From IMG/VR virus record IMGVR_UViG_3300034012_003212, positions 1 to 64,000 of that record: a stretch of 64,000 bases of DNA. The stretch is one strand, 5' to 3'. Positions 9,483 to 17,177 of this stretch are shown here, piece after piece (the stretch's first letter is position 1; the number at the start of each line of letters is the position of its first letter). Both the position numbers and the translations under genes were made by a program. The notes under the pieces were generated by a model. It was not told where the DNA came from, did not search any database, and worked only from the letters and a program-made list of their open reading frames with translations.

Positions 9483-9692
9483 ATGAACTTAGAGAATGTT
9501 AGAGATAAGATTGGGAACTCCGTGAGTATCTCCGTGAATAACTCCGTGTGGTTGTCCGTGTGGAACTCCGTGGATAACACCATGTGGAACTCCGTGAGGA
9601 ACTCCGTGTATTTCTCCATGGGGAACTCCGTGAGAAACTCCGTGAATTTTAGACTACAAAGACCCATACGAGAAGAAAGGAGTCAGGGATGA
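9483..9692 (+). CDS. SVxx array unit 10 (69 aa)
   Basis: Head, core and tail present. Confidence 0.75.
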   Translation: MNLENVRDKIGNSVSISVNNSVWLSVWNSVDNTMWNSVRNSVYFSMGNSVRNSVNFRLQRPIREERSQG

Positions 9693-9874
9693 ACTTAGAG
9701 AATGTTAAAGATAATATTATGAACTCCGTGAGGAACTCCGTGTATTTCTCCGTGGGGAACTCCGTGTGGGACTCCGTGTGGTACTCCGTGTGGCGCTCCA
9801 CGCAGAACTCCGTGAGGAAGTCCGTGGATATTGGACTAACAGAACCCATACTACGAGAAAGGAGACGAAGATGA
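9689..9874 (+). CDS. SVxx array unit 11 (61 aa)
   Basis: ATGA overlap. Confidence 0.75.
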   Translation: MNLENVKDNIMNSVRNSVYFSVGNSVWDSVWYSVWRSTQNSVRKSVDIGLTEPILRERRRR

Positions 9875-10077
9875 ACTTAAAGAGTATTGAGGATGAGATT
9901 CATTCATGGATTGACTCCGTGGAGAGTTCCCTGAAAAACTCCATGTGGAATTACGTGTGTATTTACAGGTCGTATTCCGTGTGCGACCCCGTGTATAGCT
10001 TTGTTGAGAACTCTGTGCGGGATTCTGTTTATATTAGAATACAAAGACCTATAATAGAAGAATTAAAACGAAGATGA
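9871..10077 (+). CDS. SVxx array unit 12 (68 aa)
   Basis: ATGA overlap. Confidence 0.75.
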   Translation: MNLKSIEDEIHSWIDSVESSLKNSMWNYVCIYRSYSVCDPVYSFVENSVRDSVYIRIQRPIIEELKRR

Positions 10078-10250
10078 ACTTAAAGAATGTTGAAAATATG
10101 ATTTGGGAATCCGTGAGGGACTCCTTGTGGTATCCCATGCGGATATCTATATCAAACTCCGTGAAAAAGTCCGTGTGGGTCTCCGCTAGGGAATCTGTTT
10201 ATTATGGAGGAATACAACTACCCATAGCACGAGAAAGGAGACGGGGATGA
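10074..10250 (+). CDS. SVxx array unit 13 (58 aa)
   Basis: Hand translated; below track cutoff. Confidence 0.75.
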   Translation: MNLKNVENMIWESVRDSLWYPMRISISNSVKKSVWVSARESVYYGGIQLPIARERRRG

Positions 10251-10444
10251 ACTTAGAAGATGTTGGTAGGAAGATTGGGGGCTCCATGGATGACTTCGTG
10301 ATGAACTCCGTGTGGTGGTCCGTGGCCAACTCCGTGTGGAACTCCGTGTGGAACTCCGTGTACAACCCCGTGTGGAACTTTGTGAGGAACTCGGTGTATG
10401 ACGGAATAAAACTACCCATAAGAGTAGAGAGGAAACGAAGATGA
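10247..10444 (+). CDS. SVxx array unit 14 (65 aa)
   Basis: ATGA overlap. Confidence 0.75.
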   Translation: MNLEDVGRKIGGSMDDFVMNSVWWSVANSVWNSVWNSVYNPVWNFVRNSVYDGIKLPIRVERKRR

Positions 10445-10650
10445 ACTTAGAGCATGTTGAAAATAAGATTCGGGATTTTGTAAATATCTCAGTGGGGTTT
10501 TCTGTACAGGAATTTGCGTGGAACACCATGACTAAACCCGCGTGGTATTCCATATGGTGCCCCGCGTATAGCTCTGTGGAGAACTCCATGTGGGACTCCG
10601 TGAATATTGGACTACAAAAACCTGTAAGAGAAGAAAGAAAACAAAGATGA
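10441..10650 (+). CDS. SVxx array unit 15 (69 aa)
   Basis: ATGA overlap. Confidence 0.75.
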   Translation: MNLEHVENKIRDFVNISVGFSVQEFAWNTMTKPAWYSIWCPAYSSVENSMWDSVNIGLQKPVREERKQR

Positions 10651-10820
10651 ACTTAGTGCATGTTGGACATAAGATTGTGAAGTCCGTGGAGAACTCCGTG
10701 TGGAACTCCGTGTGGAACTCCGTGTGGAACTCCGTGAGGTTCTCCGTGTGGGACTCCGTTTTGGACTCCGTGAAGACTAGACTACAATTACCCATAAGAG
10801 AAGAAAGGGTACAGGGATGA
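10647..10820 (+). CDS. SVxx array unit 16 (57 aa)
   Basis: ATGA overlap. Confidence 0.75.
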   Translation: MNLVHVGHKIVKSVENSVWNSVWNSVWNSVRFSVWDSVLDSVKTRLQLPIREERVQG

Positions 10821-11011
10821 ACTCAGAGAATGTTAGTGGGAAGATTTGGAAGTTTCGGAGCTCCGTAGATAACTCCGTGTGGAACTTCGTGTGGAACTCT
10901 GTGAGGTTCCCCGGGAGGAACTCGGTGAGGGACTCTGTGAGGAACTCCGTGTGGGACTCTGTAAATATTGGACTAAAAGAACCCATAAGAGAAGAGAGGA
11001 AACAGGGATGA
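10817..11011 (+). CDS. SVxx array unit 17 (64 aa)
   Basis: ATGA overlap. Confidence 0.75.
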   Translation: MNSENVSGKIWKFRSSVDNSVWNFVWNSVRFPGRNSVRDSVRNSVWDSVNIGLKEPIREERKQG

Positions 11012-11193
11012 ACTTAGAGAGGGTTGAAGATAAGATTTGGGGCTACGTAGAGTATTCCGTATGGATATCTGTGGATAAACTTGTGTGGGACTCCGTGTGG
11101 TACTCCGTGTTTGACTCTGTATGGAACTCCGTAAGGGACTCTGTGAATTTTAGACTCCAAGAACCCATAAGAGAAGAGATGAAACAAAGATGA
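11008..11193 (+). CDS. SVxx array unit 18 (61 aa)
   Basis: ATGA overlap. Confidence 0.75.
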   Translation: MNLERVEDKIWGYVEYSVWISVDKLVWDSVWYSVFDSVWNSVRDSVNFRLQEPIREEMKQR

Positions 11194-11387
11194 ACTTAGA
11201 GAATGTTGGAAATAAAATTAGAACAAACGTATGGTATTATGAGTGGGGACATAGTTTCAACTATGCTAATGAATCGTTAGGACGTTCCATATATTTATCT
11301 GTTTATGCCCACATCTTTGATGGCATATTGAACTCTTTATATATTAGACTCCGAGAACCCATAATAGCACAAAAGAAACAGGTATGA
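11190..11387 (+). CDS. SVxx array unit 19 (65 aa, diverged non-repetitive core)
   Basis: Head and tail conserved, core unique. Confidence 0.75.
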   Translation: MNLENVGNKIRTNVWYYEWGHSFNYANESLGRSIYLSVYAHIFDGILNSLYIRLREPIIAQKKQV

Positions 11388-11581
11388 ACTTAGAGAATGC
11401 TAGAGATAAGATTGCGAACTCATTGTGGAAATCCGTGGAGGGTCCTGTGTGTACCTCCACGGGGAAATCCGTGCAGGACGATGGGTGGTTCCCCCTGATG
11501 ACCTCCGTGTGGAACTCCGTGAGGGACTCAGTGGATATTGGACTAACAGAACCCATAAGAAAAGAAAGGAAACAAGGATGA
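11384..11581 (+). CDS. SVxx array unit 20 (65 aa)
   Basis: ATGA overlap. Confidence 0.75.
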   Translation: MNLENARDKIANSLWKSVEGPVCTSTGKSVQDDGWFPLMTSVWNSVRDSVDIGLTEPIRKERKQG

Positions 11582-11787
11582 ACTTAGAGAATGTTGATAA
11601 TAAGATTGGTAAGTCCGTGGAGAACTCCGTTTTGGGCTCCGTGTGGAACTCCGTGTGGAACTCAATGGAGGACTCTGCGGGGAACTCCGTATGGTGCTTT
11701 GTGGGGGACTCTGTGGAGGACTCTGTGCAGAATGGACTACAAGAATCCATAAGAGAAGAGAGAAAACGAAAGAGGAAACGAGGATGA
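11578..11787 (+). CDS. SVxx array unit 21 (69 aa)
   Basis: Identical to unit 7. Confidence 0.75.
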   Translation: MNLENVDNKIGKSVENSVLGSVWNSVWNSMEDSAGNSVWCFVGDSVEDSVQNGLQESIREERKRKRKRG

Positions 11788-11981
11788 ACTTAGAGAATGT
11801 TAATTATAAGATTGGGAACTCGGTGAGGGACTCTGTGAACAACTCCTTGTGGAACTCCGTGTGGGACTCTGTGTTTAACCCTGTGAGGTACTCTGTATGG
11901 GATTCTGTGAATGACTCCATGGGGAGCTCTGTGAATATTGGACTAAAAGGATCCATAAGAAAAGAAAGGAAACAAGGATGA
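11784..11981 (+). CDS. SVxx array unit 22 (65 aa)
   Basis: Tail shared with unit 5. Confidence 0.75.
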   Translation: MNLENVNYKIGNSVRDSVNNSLWNSVWDSVFNPVRYSVWDSVNDSMGSSVNIGLKGSIRKERKQG

Positions 11982-12175
11982 ACTTAGAGCCGATTGATAA
12001 CAAGATTTGGATCTCCATACGGGACTCCGTGGATAACACCGTGCGGAACTCCGTGAATAAATCCGCGTGGAACCACGTAAGTTTCTTCGTGTGGAACTCC
12101 GTTTTGGACTCCGTGTGGATCTCTGTGAATATTGGACTACAAAACCCCATAAGAGAAGAGAGGAAACAGGGATGA
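11978..12175 (+). CDS. SVxx array unit 23 (65 aa)
   Basis: ATGA overlap. Confidence 0.75.
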   Translation: MNLEPIDNKIWISIRDSVDNTVRNSVNKSAWNHVSFFVWNSVLDSVWISVNIGLQNPIREERKQG

Positions 12176-12378
12176 ACTTAGAGAGTATTGAGGATGAGAT
12201 TCATTCATGGATTGACTCCGTTTCGGGCTCCATGTGGAAACCTGTGTGGGATTATATGTTGTACTCCGCGAGGGGCTCCGTGTGGGCCTCCGTGATGGAC
12301 TCCGCTGGGGACTATGTGGAGGACTCTGTGCAGAATGGACTACAAGAACACATAAGAGAAGAAAGGGCCGGTAAATGA
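12172..12378 (+). CDS. SVxx array unit 24 (68 aa)
   Basis: Head shared with unit 12. Confidence 0.75.
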   Translation: MNLESIEDEIHSWIDSVSGSMWKPVWDYMLYSARGSVWASVMDSAGDYVEDSVQNGLQEHIREERAGK

Positions 12379-12581
12379 ACTTAGAGAATGTTGATAAACC
12401 ATATTTTCACATTGTAGATAACACCCTATGGAATCGTGTGTACTCAGTATGGAAATCGTCATTAACAGTTTCCTCACATAATTTCGTGCGTGATTCTGTA
12501 GATATATCCATGAGATCTGTACAACTCTCGTTGCACGAGGGCGTATTAAGACCCGTAAGAGAAGAAAGAAAACAAGGATGA
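12375..12581 (+). CDS. SVxx array unit 25 (68 aa, diverged core)
   Basis: Head and tail conserved. Confidence 0.75.
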   Translation: MNLENVDKPYFHIVDNTLWNRVYSVWKSSLTVSSHNFVRDSVDISMRSVQLSLHEGVLRPVREERKQG

Positions 12582-12739
12582 ACTTAGAGGATGTTGGATA
12601 TAAGATCGGTGATTCTGTGTGTGTATCCGTGTGGTATTCTGTGAGTGACTATGCGTGGAACTCTGTGCAGGACTCCATAAAGGACCTTGCGTATAATGGG
12701 CTAAAAGAACCCATAAGAGAAGATAACAAACAAAGATGA
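12578..12739 (+). CDS. SVxx array unit 26 (53 aa)
   Basis: Hand translated. Confidence 0.75.
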   Translation: MNLEDVGYKIGDSVCVSVWYSVSDYAWNSVQDSIKDLAYNGLKEPIREDNKQR

Positions 12740-12909
12740 ACTTAGAGAATGTTGGAACTAAGGTTTGGGGCTCCGTGTGGAACTCCATGAGGTTCTTCGA
12801 GAGGGACTCCATGTGGGACTCCGTGAGGGACTCTATGTATAACTCCGTGTGGGACTCCGTGTTCGATGGGTTACAACTACCAATAAGAAAAGAGGGGAAA
12901 CAAGGATGA
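12736..12909 (+). CDS. SVxx array unit 27 (57 aa)
   Basis: Hand translated; head shared with unit 31. Confidence 0.75.
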   Translation: MNLENVGTKVWGSVWNSMRFFERDSMWDSVRDSMYNSVWDSVFDGLQLPIRKEGKQG

Positions 12910-13103
12910 ACTTAGAGAATGTTAAAGATAGGATTTGGTACTCCGTGGGGAACTCCGTGAGTGACCCCATGCGGAAATCCGTGTGGGACTTTTTGAGGGA
13001 CTCCGTGAAGTATCCTGTGTATAACTCCGTGGTGGTCTCCGTGTGGGACTCCGTGGATATTGGACTACAAGAACCCATAAGAGAAGAAAGGGCACAGGGA
13101 TGA
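12906..13103 (+). CDS. SVxx array unit 28 (65 aa)
   Basis: ATGA overlap. Confidence 0.75.
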   Translation: MNLENVKDRIWYSVGNSVSDPMRKSVWDFLRDSVKYPVYNSVVVSVWDSVDIGLQEPIREERAQG

Positions 13104-13270
13104 ACTTAGAATCGGTTGGTGTGAAGATAAGAGACACCGTGTGGAACTCCGTGTGGCCCTCCAATTGGTACTCCGTGTGGAACTCCGTGTTTGACCCCGT
13201 GAGGAACTCCGTGTGGGACTCCTTGAATATTGGACTACAAGAACCCATAAGAGAAGAAAGGGGCCGGTAA
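13100..13270 (+). CDS. SVxx array unit 29 (56 aa)
   Basis: Core shared with unit 33. Confidence 0.75.
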   Translation: MNLESVGVKIRDTVWNSVWPSNWYSVWNSVFDPVRNSVWDSLNIGLQEPIREERGR

Positions 13271-13528
13271 ATGAACTTAGAGAATGTTGGACATAAGATT
13301 TGGGGCTCCGTGTGGAACTCCATGAGGAAATTCGTGGGTATCTCCGTGAGGGTCTCTGCGTGGAAATCTGTGAGGTACTCCATGGGTATCTCCGTGGGAG
13401 ACTCTGTGTGGGACTCCGTGAAGGGCTCCGTGGGGGTCTCCGTGTTGAACTCTGTGTATGGAATACAAGACGCAATAAGAGAAGAAAGATTCAACAATGA
13501 GGCGGCACAAAAAAATATTTTTTTTTGA
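13271..13528 (+). CDS. SVxx array unit 30 (85 aa, tail broken by inserted module)
   Basis: Junction motif is cut after GAAGAAAG (13488); the frame runs on into promoter DNA. Confidence 0.7.
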   Translation: MNLENVGHKIWGSVWNSMRKFVGISVRVSAWKSVRYSMGISVGDSVWDSVKGSVGVSVLNSVYGIQDAIREERFNNEAAQKNIFF

Positions 13529-13551
13529 AAGTAGGATTGTGTATGTTTGCA
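13509..13551 (+). promoter_or_regulatory. Bacteroidota-type promoter P1 upstream of DUF6745-like gene
   Basis: A7-TA-T9-G, then TATGTTTG at 13542-13549. Confidence 0.7.
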
Positions 13552-13613
13552 TAGATATTTTTTCCAGGGAATATGAACCTGATTTGACATCAAGATTTTT
13601 TTAGTTTTCCAAT

Positions 13614-13653
13614 AAAATATTTTTTTTTGAAATCAGAAGTACGTATATTTGCA
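13614..13653 (+). promoter_or_regulatory. Bacteroidota-type promoter P2 upstream of DUF6745-like gene
   Basis: A4-TA-T9-G, then TATATTTG at 13644-13651; same spacing as P1, 102 bp downstream. Confidence 0.7.
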
Positions 13654-13699
13654 GAGGGTATAACCTCACAGTTTTTACAACTTTTTAAGGATAGCCATT

Positions 13700-14692
13700 A
13701 TGGCAAAAAAATATTCACCAAGCAATCCGCTTGAGAAACTCACTCCTGAAATGGAGGCGCTCATCCCAGTCGTCAGGGATGAATGGATTAACCGAGCATA
13801 CAAAGGGTTGAATCCAAATGATATTGACGAGAAGAAGGTGAAGAGTGCTGTACATTGGATATACAAAAAATCGGACTTGCCCAAGCCGATGGTCATCATA
13901 ACGGATTCGCCAAAAGCTGCTCAAGATGCAGCAAATGAATTGTATAAGAAGCATGTTGACCCATCAGCAAAGCGTCAGTATTTTCCATTTTCTGACAGTC
14001 TTTCTGTATCCGACTTCCGCTGGGTTGCATTCTATGATTACTTCACCCGCATTGGCGTCTTGCAAGACAAGACATTCAATAAATACATGGAGTACACAAA
14101 ACTTGGCATTTATGACACAATCAAACTTCACGATGTTTGTATTGTTGTGAAAATGCCTGAGTATGTTAAATCCACTATTGTGCGTGATGTTCGCGTCCCG
14201 CACAGTGAGGATTCTCCTGCTGTTAAGTTCATTGATGGTGATTCTTATTATTTCTGGAATGGTACATTGGTTCCGGAGAAATGGATCATGCGCAAAGACG
14301 AGATCACACAGAATGATATCATCTCAGAAGACAATGCCGAAAAGCGTCGTTGTCTCATGGAAATCCTTGGAGCAAAGAGGTATTATGACATCATCTCTGA
14401 TGGAAAGGGTCTTAAACTCATTGACGAGGACACAGACAATCAGGGATTCCCTATGAGATTGTATGAGACAACAAAGAATGATTCTATCGTCAACAAAAAG
14501 GTTCAATTCCTTGAAGTGACTGATCCATCAACAGGGCGAGTGTATAACATCTACCCTCCTAATCAGAATGCAAAGAATGTATGGGATGCGAAGGCACAGA
14601 CATTCAGTTCTGAGAAATTGTACGTCCGTCAGGGTGATGTTGGACTGACGAAGATAGGATACGATGAAGCGCATCCTGTGCAAGAAACATAA
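13700..14692 (+). CDS. DUF6745-like protein (330 aa)
   Basis: KLTPE.EALIP..RDEWI, DSP, W.AFYDYF, YFWNG..VPE.WI, I..E.NAEKRRCLME.LG, V.DPSTGR.Y...P and C-terminal RQGDV motifs. Confidence 0.7.
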   Translation: MAKKYSPSNPLEKLTPEMEALIPVVRDEWINRAYKGLNPNDIDEKKVKSAVHWIYKKSDLPKPMVIITDSPKAAQDAANELYKKHVDPSAKRQYFPFSDSLSVSDFRWVAFYDYFTRIGVLQDKTFNKYMEYTKLGIYDTIKLHDVCIVVKMPEYVKSTIVRDVRVPHSEDSPAVKFIDGDSYYFWNGTLVPEKWIMRKDEITQNDIISEDNAEKRRCLMEILGAKRYYDIISDGKGLKLIDEDTDNQGFPMRLYETTKNDSIVNKKVQFLEVTDPSTGRVYNIYPPNQNAKNVWDAKAQTFSSEKLYVRQGDVGLTKIGYDEAHPVQET

Positions 14693-14709
14693 TGTAATTT
14701 TTATAGTAT

Positions 14710-14718
14710 AATATATAC
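14710..14718 (+). promoter_or_regulatory. Candidate late-promoter motif (AATATATAC)
   Basis: ATATATA motif upstream of 14752; AGGAG at 14742-14746. Confidence 0.4.
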
Positions 14719-14751
14719 ACCTAATTAACTTTTTTTTCAATAGGAGATTTT

Positions 14752-15048
14752 ATGGATAAGTCAGAAAGAATCCGCAGAGTGATTGCTCGTGGTGAGCATT
14801 CCAACCATTCACATGTTGTGTGTGGTGATGATGTAACAATTCGTGAAGAGAAGGGCACAATTTTTGTCACAGTTGGCAATAGTGGTGCAGTTCTTCGTCA
14901 CTTGCTTGAGATGGAGTACATCGAAACAGGCAAGGAAGTATGGACAAAGGAACATGAAGATGTGCCGCTTCCTCAGGGTGAATATAAATTTGTTCCCCAG
15001 ATTGAGTACAATCCGCTCGATGAAACCATCCAAAGAACAAAGGACTAA
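14752..15048 (+). CDS. Small His-motif beta protein, usual DUF6745 partner
   Basis: ARGE.SNHSH...LRH...EHEDVPLPQGEYK..PQIEYNP......KD resembles the GE.tGHaH/HeEH..i.lp.G.Y...Q.EY partner family (recalled). Confidence 0.7.
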   Translation: MDKSERIRRVIARGEHSNHSHVVCGDDVTIREEKGTIFVTVGNSGAVLRHLLEMEYIETGKEVWTKEHEDVPLPQGEYKFVPQIEYNPLDETIQRTKD

Positions 15049-15075
15049 TCATATTAGTTCAAAAGATTGGTACAT

Positions 15076-15109
15076 AAAAATGGCACGCCTTAAACGTGCC
15101 ATTTTTTTT
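15076..15109 (+). terminator. Intrinsic terminator (possibly bidirectional)
   Basis: A5-TGGCACG-CCTTAAA-CGTGCCA-T8. Confidence 0.85.
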
Positions 15110-15125
15110 AACAGAGGAAACAAAG

Positions 15126-15323
15126 ATGAACTTAGAGAATGTTGGAACTAAGGTTTGGGACTCCATGTGGAACTCCATGAGGTTCTTCGAGAGGGACTCC
15201 ATGTGGGACTCCGTGTGGAACTCCGTGTGGGGTTCCGTAAGGGTCTCCGTGTGGGACTCTGTGTGGGATTCTGTTTATATTAGAATACAAAGACCTATAA
15301 TAGAAGAATTAAAACGAAGATGA
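15126..15323 (+). CDS. SVxx array unit 31 (65 aa)
   Basis: Preceded by the 3' half of a junction motif. Confidence 0.75.
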   Translation: MNLENVGTKVWDSMWNSMRFFERDSMWDSVWNSVWGSVRVSVWDSVWDSVYIRIQRPIIEELKRR

Positions 15324-15505
15324 ACTTAGAGAATGTTGGATATGAGATTTGGAAATCCGTGAGTTCCTCCGTGAGGAACTCTGTGGATGACTCCGCGTGG
15401 AACTCCGTGTGGGGTTCCGTGAGGGTCTCCGTGTGGGACTCTGTGCGGGATTCTGTTTATATTAGAATACAAAGACCTATAATAGAAGAATTAAAACGAA
15501 GATGA
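15320..15505 (+). CDS. SVxx array unit 32 (61 aa)
   Basis: Tail shared with units 12 and 31. Confidence 0.75.
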   Translation: MNLENVGYEIWKSVSSSVRNSVDDSAWNSVWGSVRVSVWDSVRDSVYIRIQRPIIEELKRR

Positions 15506-15723
15506 ACTTAGAGATTGTTGAAGATAAGATTTGGAGCTCCGTGGAGTATTCCGTGTGGATCTCTATGGATAAAATCGTGTGGAACTCCGTGTGGCCCTCC
15601 AATTGGTACTCCGTGTGGAACTCCGTGTTTGACCCCGTGAGGAACTCTGTGATGGACCCTGTGAGGGACTCTGTTTATGGTGGATTACAAATACCCATAA
15701 GACAAGAAAGGGAACGAGGATGA
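15502..15723 (+). CDS. SVxx array unit 33 (73 aa)
   Basis: ATGA overlap. Confidence 0.75.
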   Translation: MNLEIVEDKIWSSVEYSVWISMDKIVWNSVWPSNWYSVWNSVFDPVRNSVMDPVRDSVYGGLQIPIRQERERG

Positions 15724-15905
15724 ACTTAGAGAATGTTAAAGATAAGATTTGGAACTCCGTGAGGAACTCCGTGTATTTCTCCATGAAGAACTCCATGAGG
15801 AAATCTGCATGGAACTCCGTGATGGGCTCTGTGTGGGCCTTTGTGTGGGACTCTGTTTATGGTGGACTACAAGAACCCATAAGAGAAGAAAGGAGACAAG
15901 GATGA
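15720..15905 (+). CDS. SVxx array unit 34 (61 aa)
   Basis: ATGA overlap. Confidence 0.75.
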   Translation: MNLENVKDKIWNSVRNSVYFSMKNSMRKSAWNSVMGSVWAFVWDSVYGGLQEPIREERRQG

Positions 15906-16108
15906 ACTTAGAGCAGGTTGAATATAAGATTGGTAACTCCTTGTATGACTCCAAGTGGAACTCTGTGAGGTTCTCCGTGAGGAACTCCGTGTGGAAGTCC
16001 CTGTTGAGCGTGTGGGACTCCGTGTGGAAATCCGTGTTGGTCTCCGTGAGGGACTCTGTGCAGAATGGACTAAAAAACCCCATAAGAGAAGAATGGGGGC
16101 AAGAATGA
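15902..16108 (+). CDS. SVxx array unit 35 (68 aa)
   Basis: ATGA overlap. Confidence 0.75.
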   Translation: MNLEQVEYKIGNSLYDSKWNSVRFSVRNSVWKSLLSVWDSVWKSVLVSVRDSVQNGLKNPIREEWGQE

Positions 16109-16302
16109 ACTTAGATCTGGTTGGTGGGAAGATTTGGGATTCCATGTTGAACTCCGTGTGGGAATCCGTGTGGAACTCCGTGTTTGACTCCGTGAGGGAC
16201 TCTGTGGGGGGCTCCGTGAAGTATTCCGCATGGAACTCCGTGTGGGACTCTGTGAAAGTTGGACTACAAGAACCCATAAGAGAAGAAAGGAAACGAGGAT
16301 GA
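16105..16302 (+). CDS. SVxx array unit 36 (65 aa)
   Basis: ATGA overlap. Confidence 0.75.
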   Translation: MNLDLVGGKIWDSMLNSVWESVWNSVFDSVRDSVGGSVKYSAWNSVWDSVKVGLQEPIREERKRG

Positions 16303-16484
16303 ACTTAGAGCATGTTGAATATAAGATTGGTAACTCCGTGTATGACTCCATGTGGAACTCTGTGTGGGGTTCCGTGAGGGTCTCCGTGTGGGACTCCGTG
16401 GTGGTTTCCGTGGCGTATTTTGTGGGGGACTCCGTGAATATTAGACTACAGATACCCATAAGACAAGAAAGGGAACAGGAATGA
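16299..16484 (+). CDS. SVxx array unit 37 (61 aa)
   Basis: ATGA overlap. Confidence 0.75.
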   Translation: MNLEHVEYKIGNSVYDSMWNSVWGSVRVSVWDSVVVSVAYFVGDSVNIRLQIPIRQEREQE

Positions 16485-16735
16485 ACTTAGAGCCGGTTGA
16501 ATATAAGATTGGTAACGCCGTGTATGACTCCAAGTGGAACTCTGTGAGGTTCTCCGTGTGGAACTCCGTGTGGAAGTCCCTGTTGAGCGTGTGGGACTCC
16601 GTGTGGAAATCCGTGTTGGTCTCCGTGAGGGACTCTGTGGGGGGCTCCGTGAAGTATTCCGCATGGAACTCCGTGAGGGATTCTGTGTATTTTGGACTAA
16701 CAGAACCCATAAGACAAGAAAGGAAACGGGGATGA
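16481..16735 (+). CDS. SVxx array unit 38 (84 aa, chimera of units 35 and 36)
   Basis: 5' core matches unit 35 and 3' core matches unit 36. Confidence 0.75.
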   Translation: MNLEPVEYKIGNAVYDSKWNSVRFSVWNSVWKSLLSVWDSVWKSVLVSVRDSVGGSVKYSAWNSVRDSVYFGLTEPIRQERKRG

Positions 16736-16851
16736 ACTTAGAGCATGTTGGTAGAAAGATTTGGGAATCCTTGAAGAACTTTGCGTGGGATTTTGTGGGC
16801 ATTGGACACAAAAACACCCATAAGACGAGAAAGAGAAAAATGGGGACGAGG
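16732..16851 (+). pseudogene. SVxx array unit 39, shortened and frameshifted, fused in frame to unit 40
   Basis: GGACACAAAAACACCCAT has one extra nt versus canonical GGACTACAAGAACCCAT; no stop before 17025. Confidence 0.65.
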
Positions 16852-17025
16852 ATGAACTTAGAGAATGTTGGTAGGAAGATTGATATCCGCATGTGGTTCT
16901 CCGTGAGGATATCCGCGGAGAACCACACATTAAACTCCGTGGATATCTTCGTGTATTTCCCCGTGAGGGACTCTGTGTATGATGGAATACAACTACCCAT
17001 AAGAGAAGAAAAGAAACAAGGATGA
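16852..17025 (+). CDS. SVxx array unit 40 (57 aa)
   Basis: Own ATG at 16852. Confidence 0.7.
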   Translation: MNLENVGRKIDIRMWFSVRISAENHTLNSVDIFVYFPVRDSVYDGIQLPIREEKKQG

Positions 17026-17177
17026 ACTTAGAGAATGTTGGATATAAGATTTGGGATTTCGCGCCCATCCGATTGGAACAACCCACATGGTACTCTGTGA
17101 TGGAACCTGTGAATATTAGACTAATACAATCCATAAGTAACGAAAGGGAACACGAAGATGAACTTAGAGAGTGTTAG
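17022..17177 (+). CDS. SVxx array unit 41 (51 aa, shifted tail)
   Basis: Hand translated; overlaps unit 42 by 20 nt. Confidence 0.65.
   Translation: MNLENVGYKIWDFAPIRLEQPTWYSVMEPVNIRLIQSISNEREHEDELREC

Larger units (their letters stand above)
7689..13528 (+). repeat. Mini-gene array block 1: 30 tandem SVxx-repeat paralogues
   Basis: Conserved junction ~GGACTACAAGAACCCATAAGAGAAGAAAGG..G-ATGA-ACTTAGAGAATGTT recurs every ~160-220 bp; cores are built from a 12-bp module. Confidence 0.95.
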
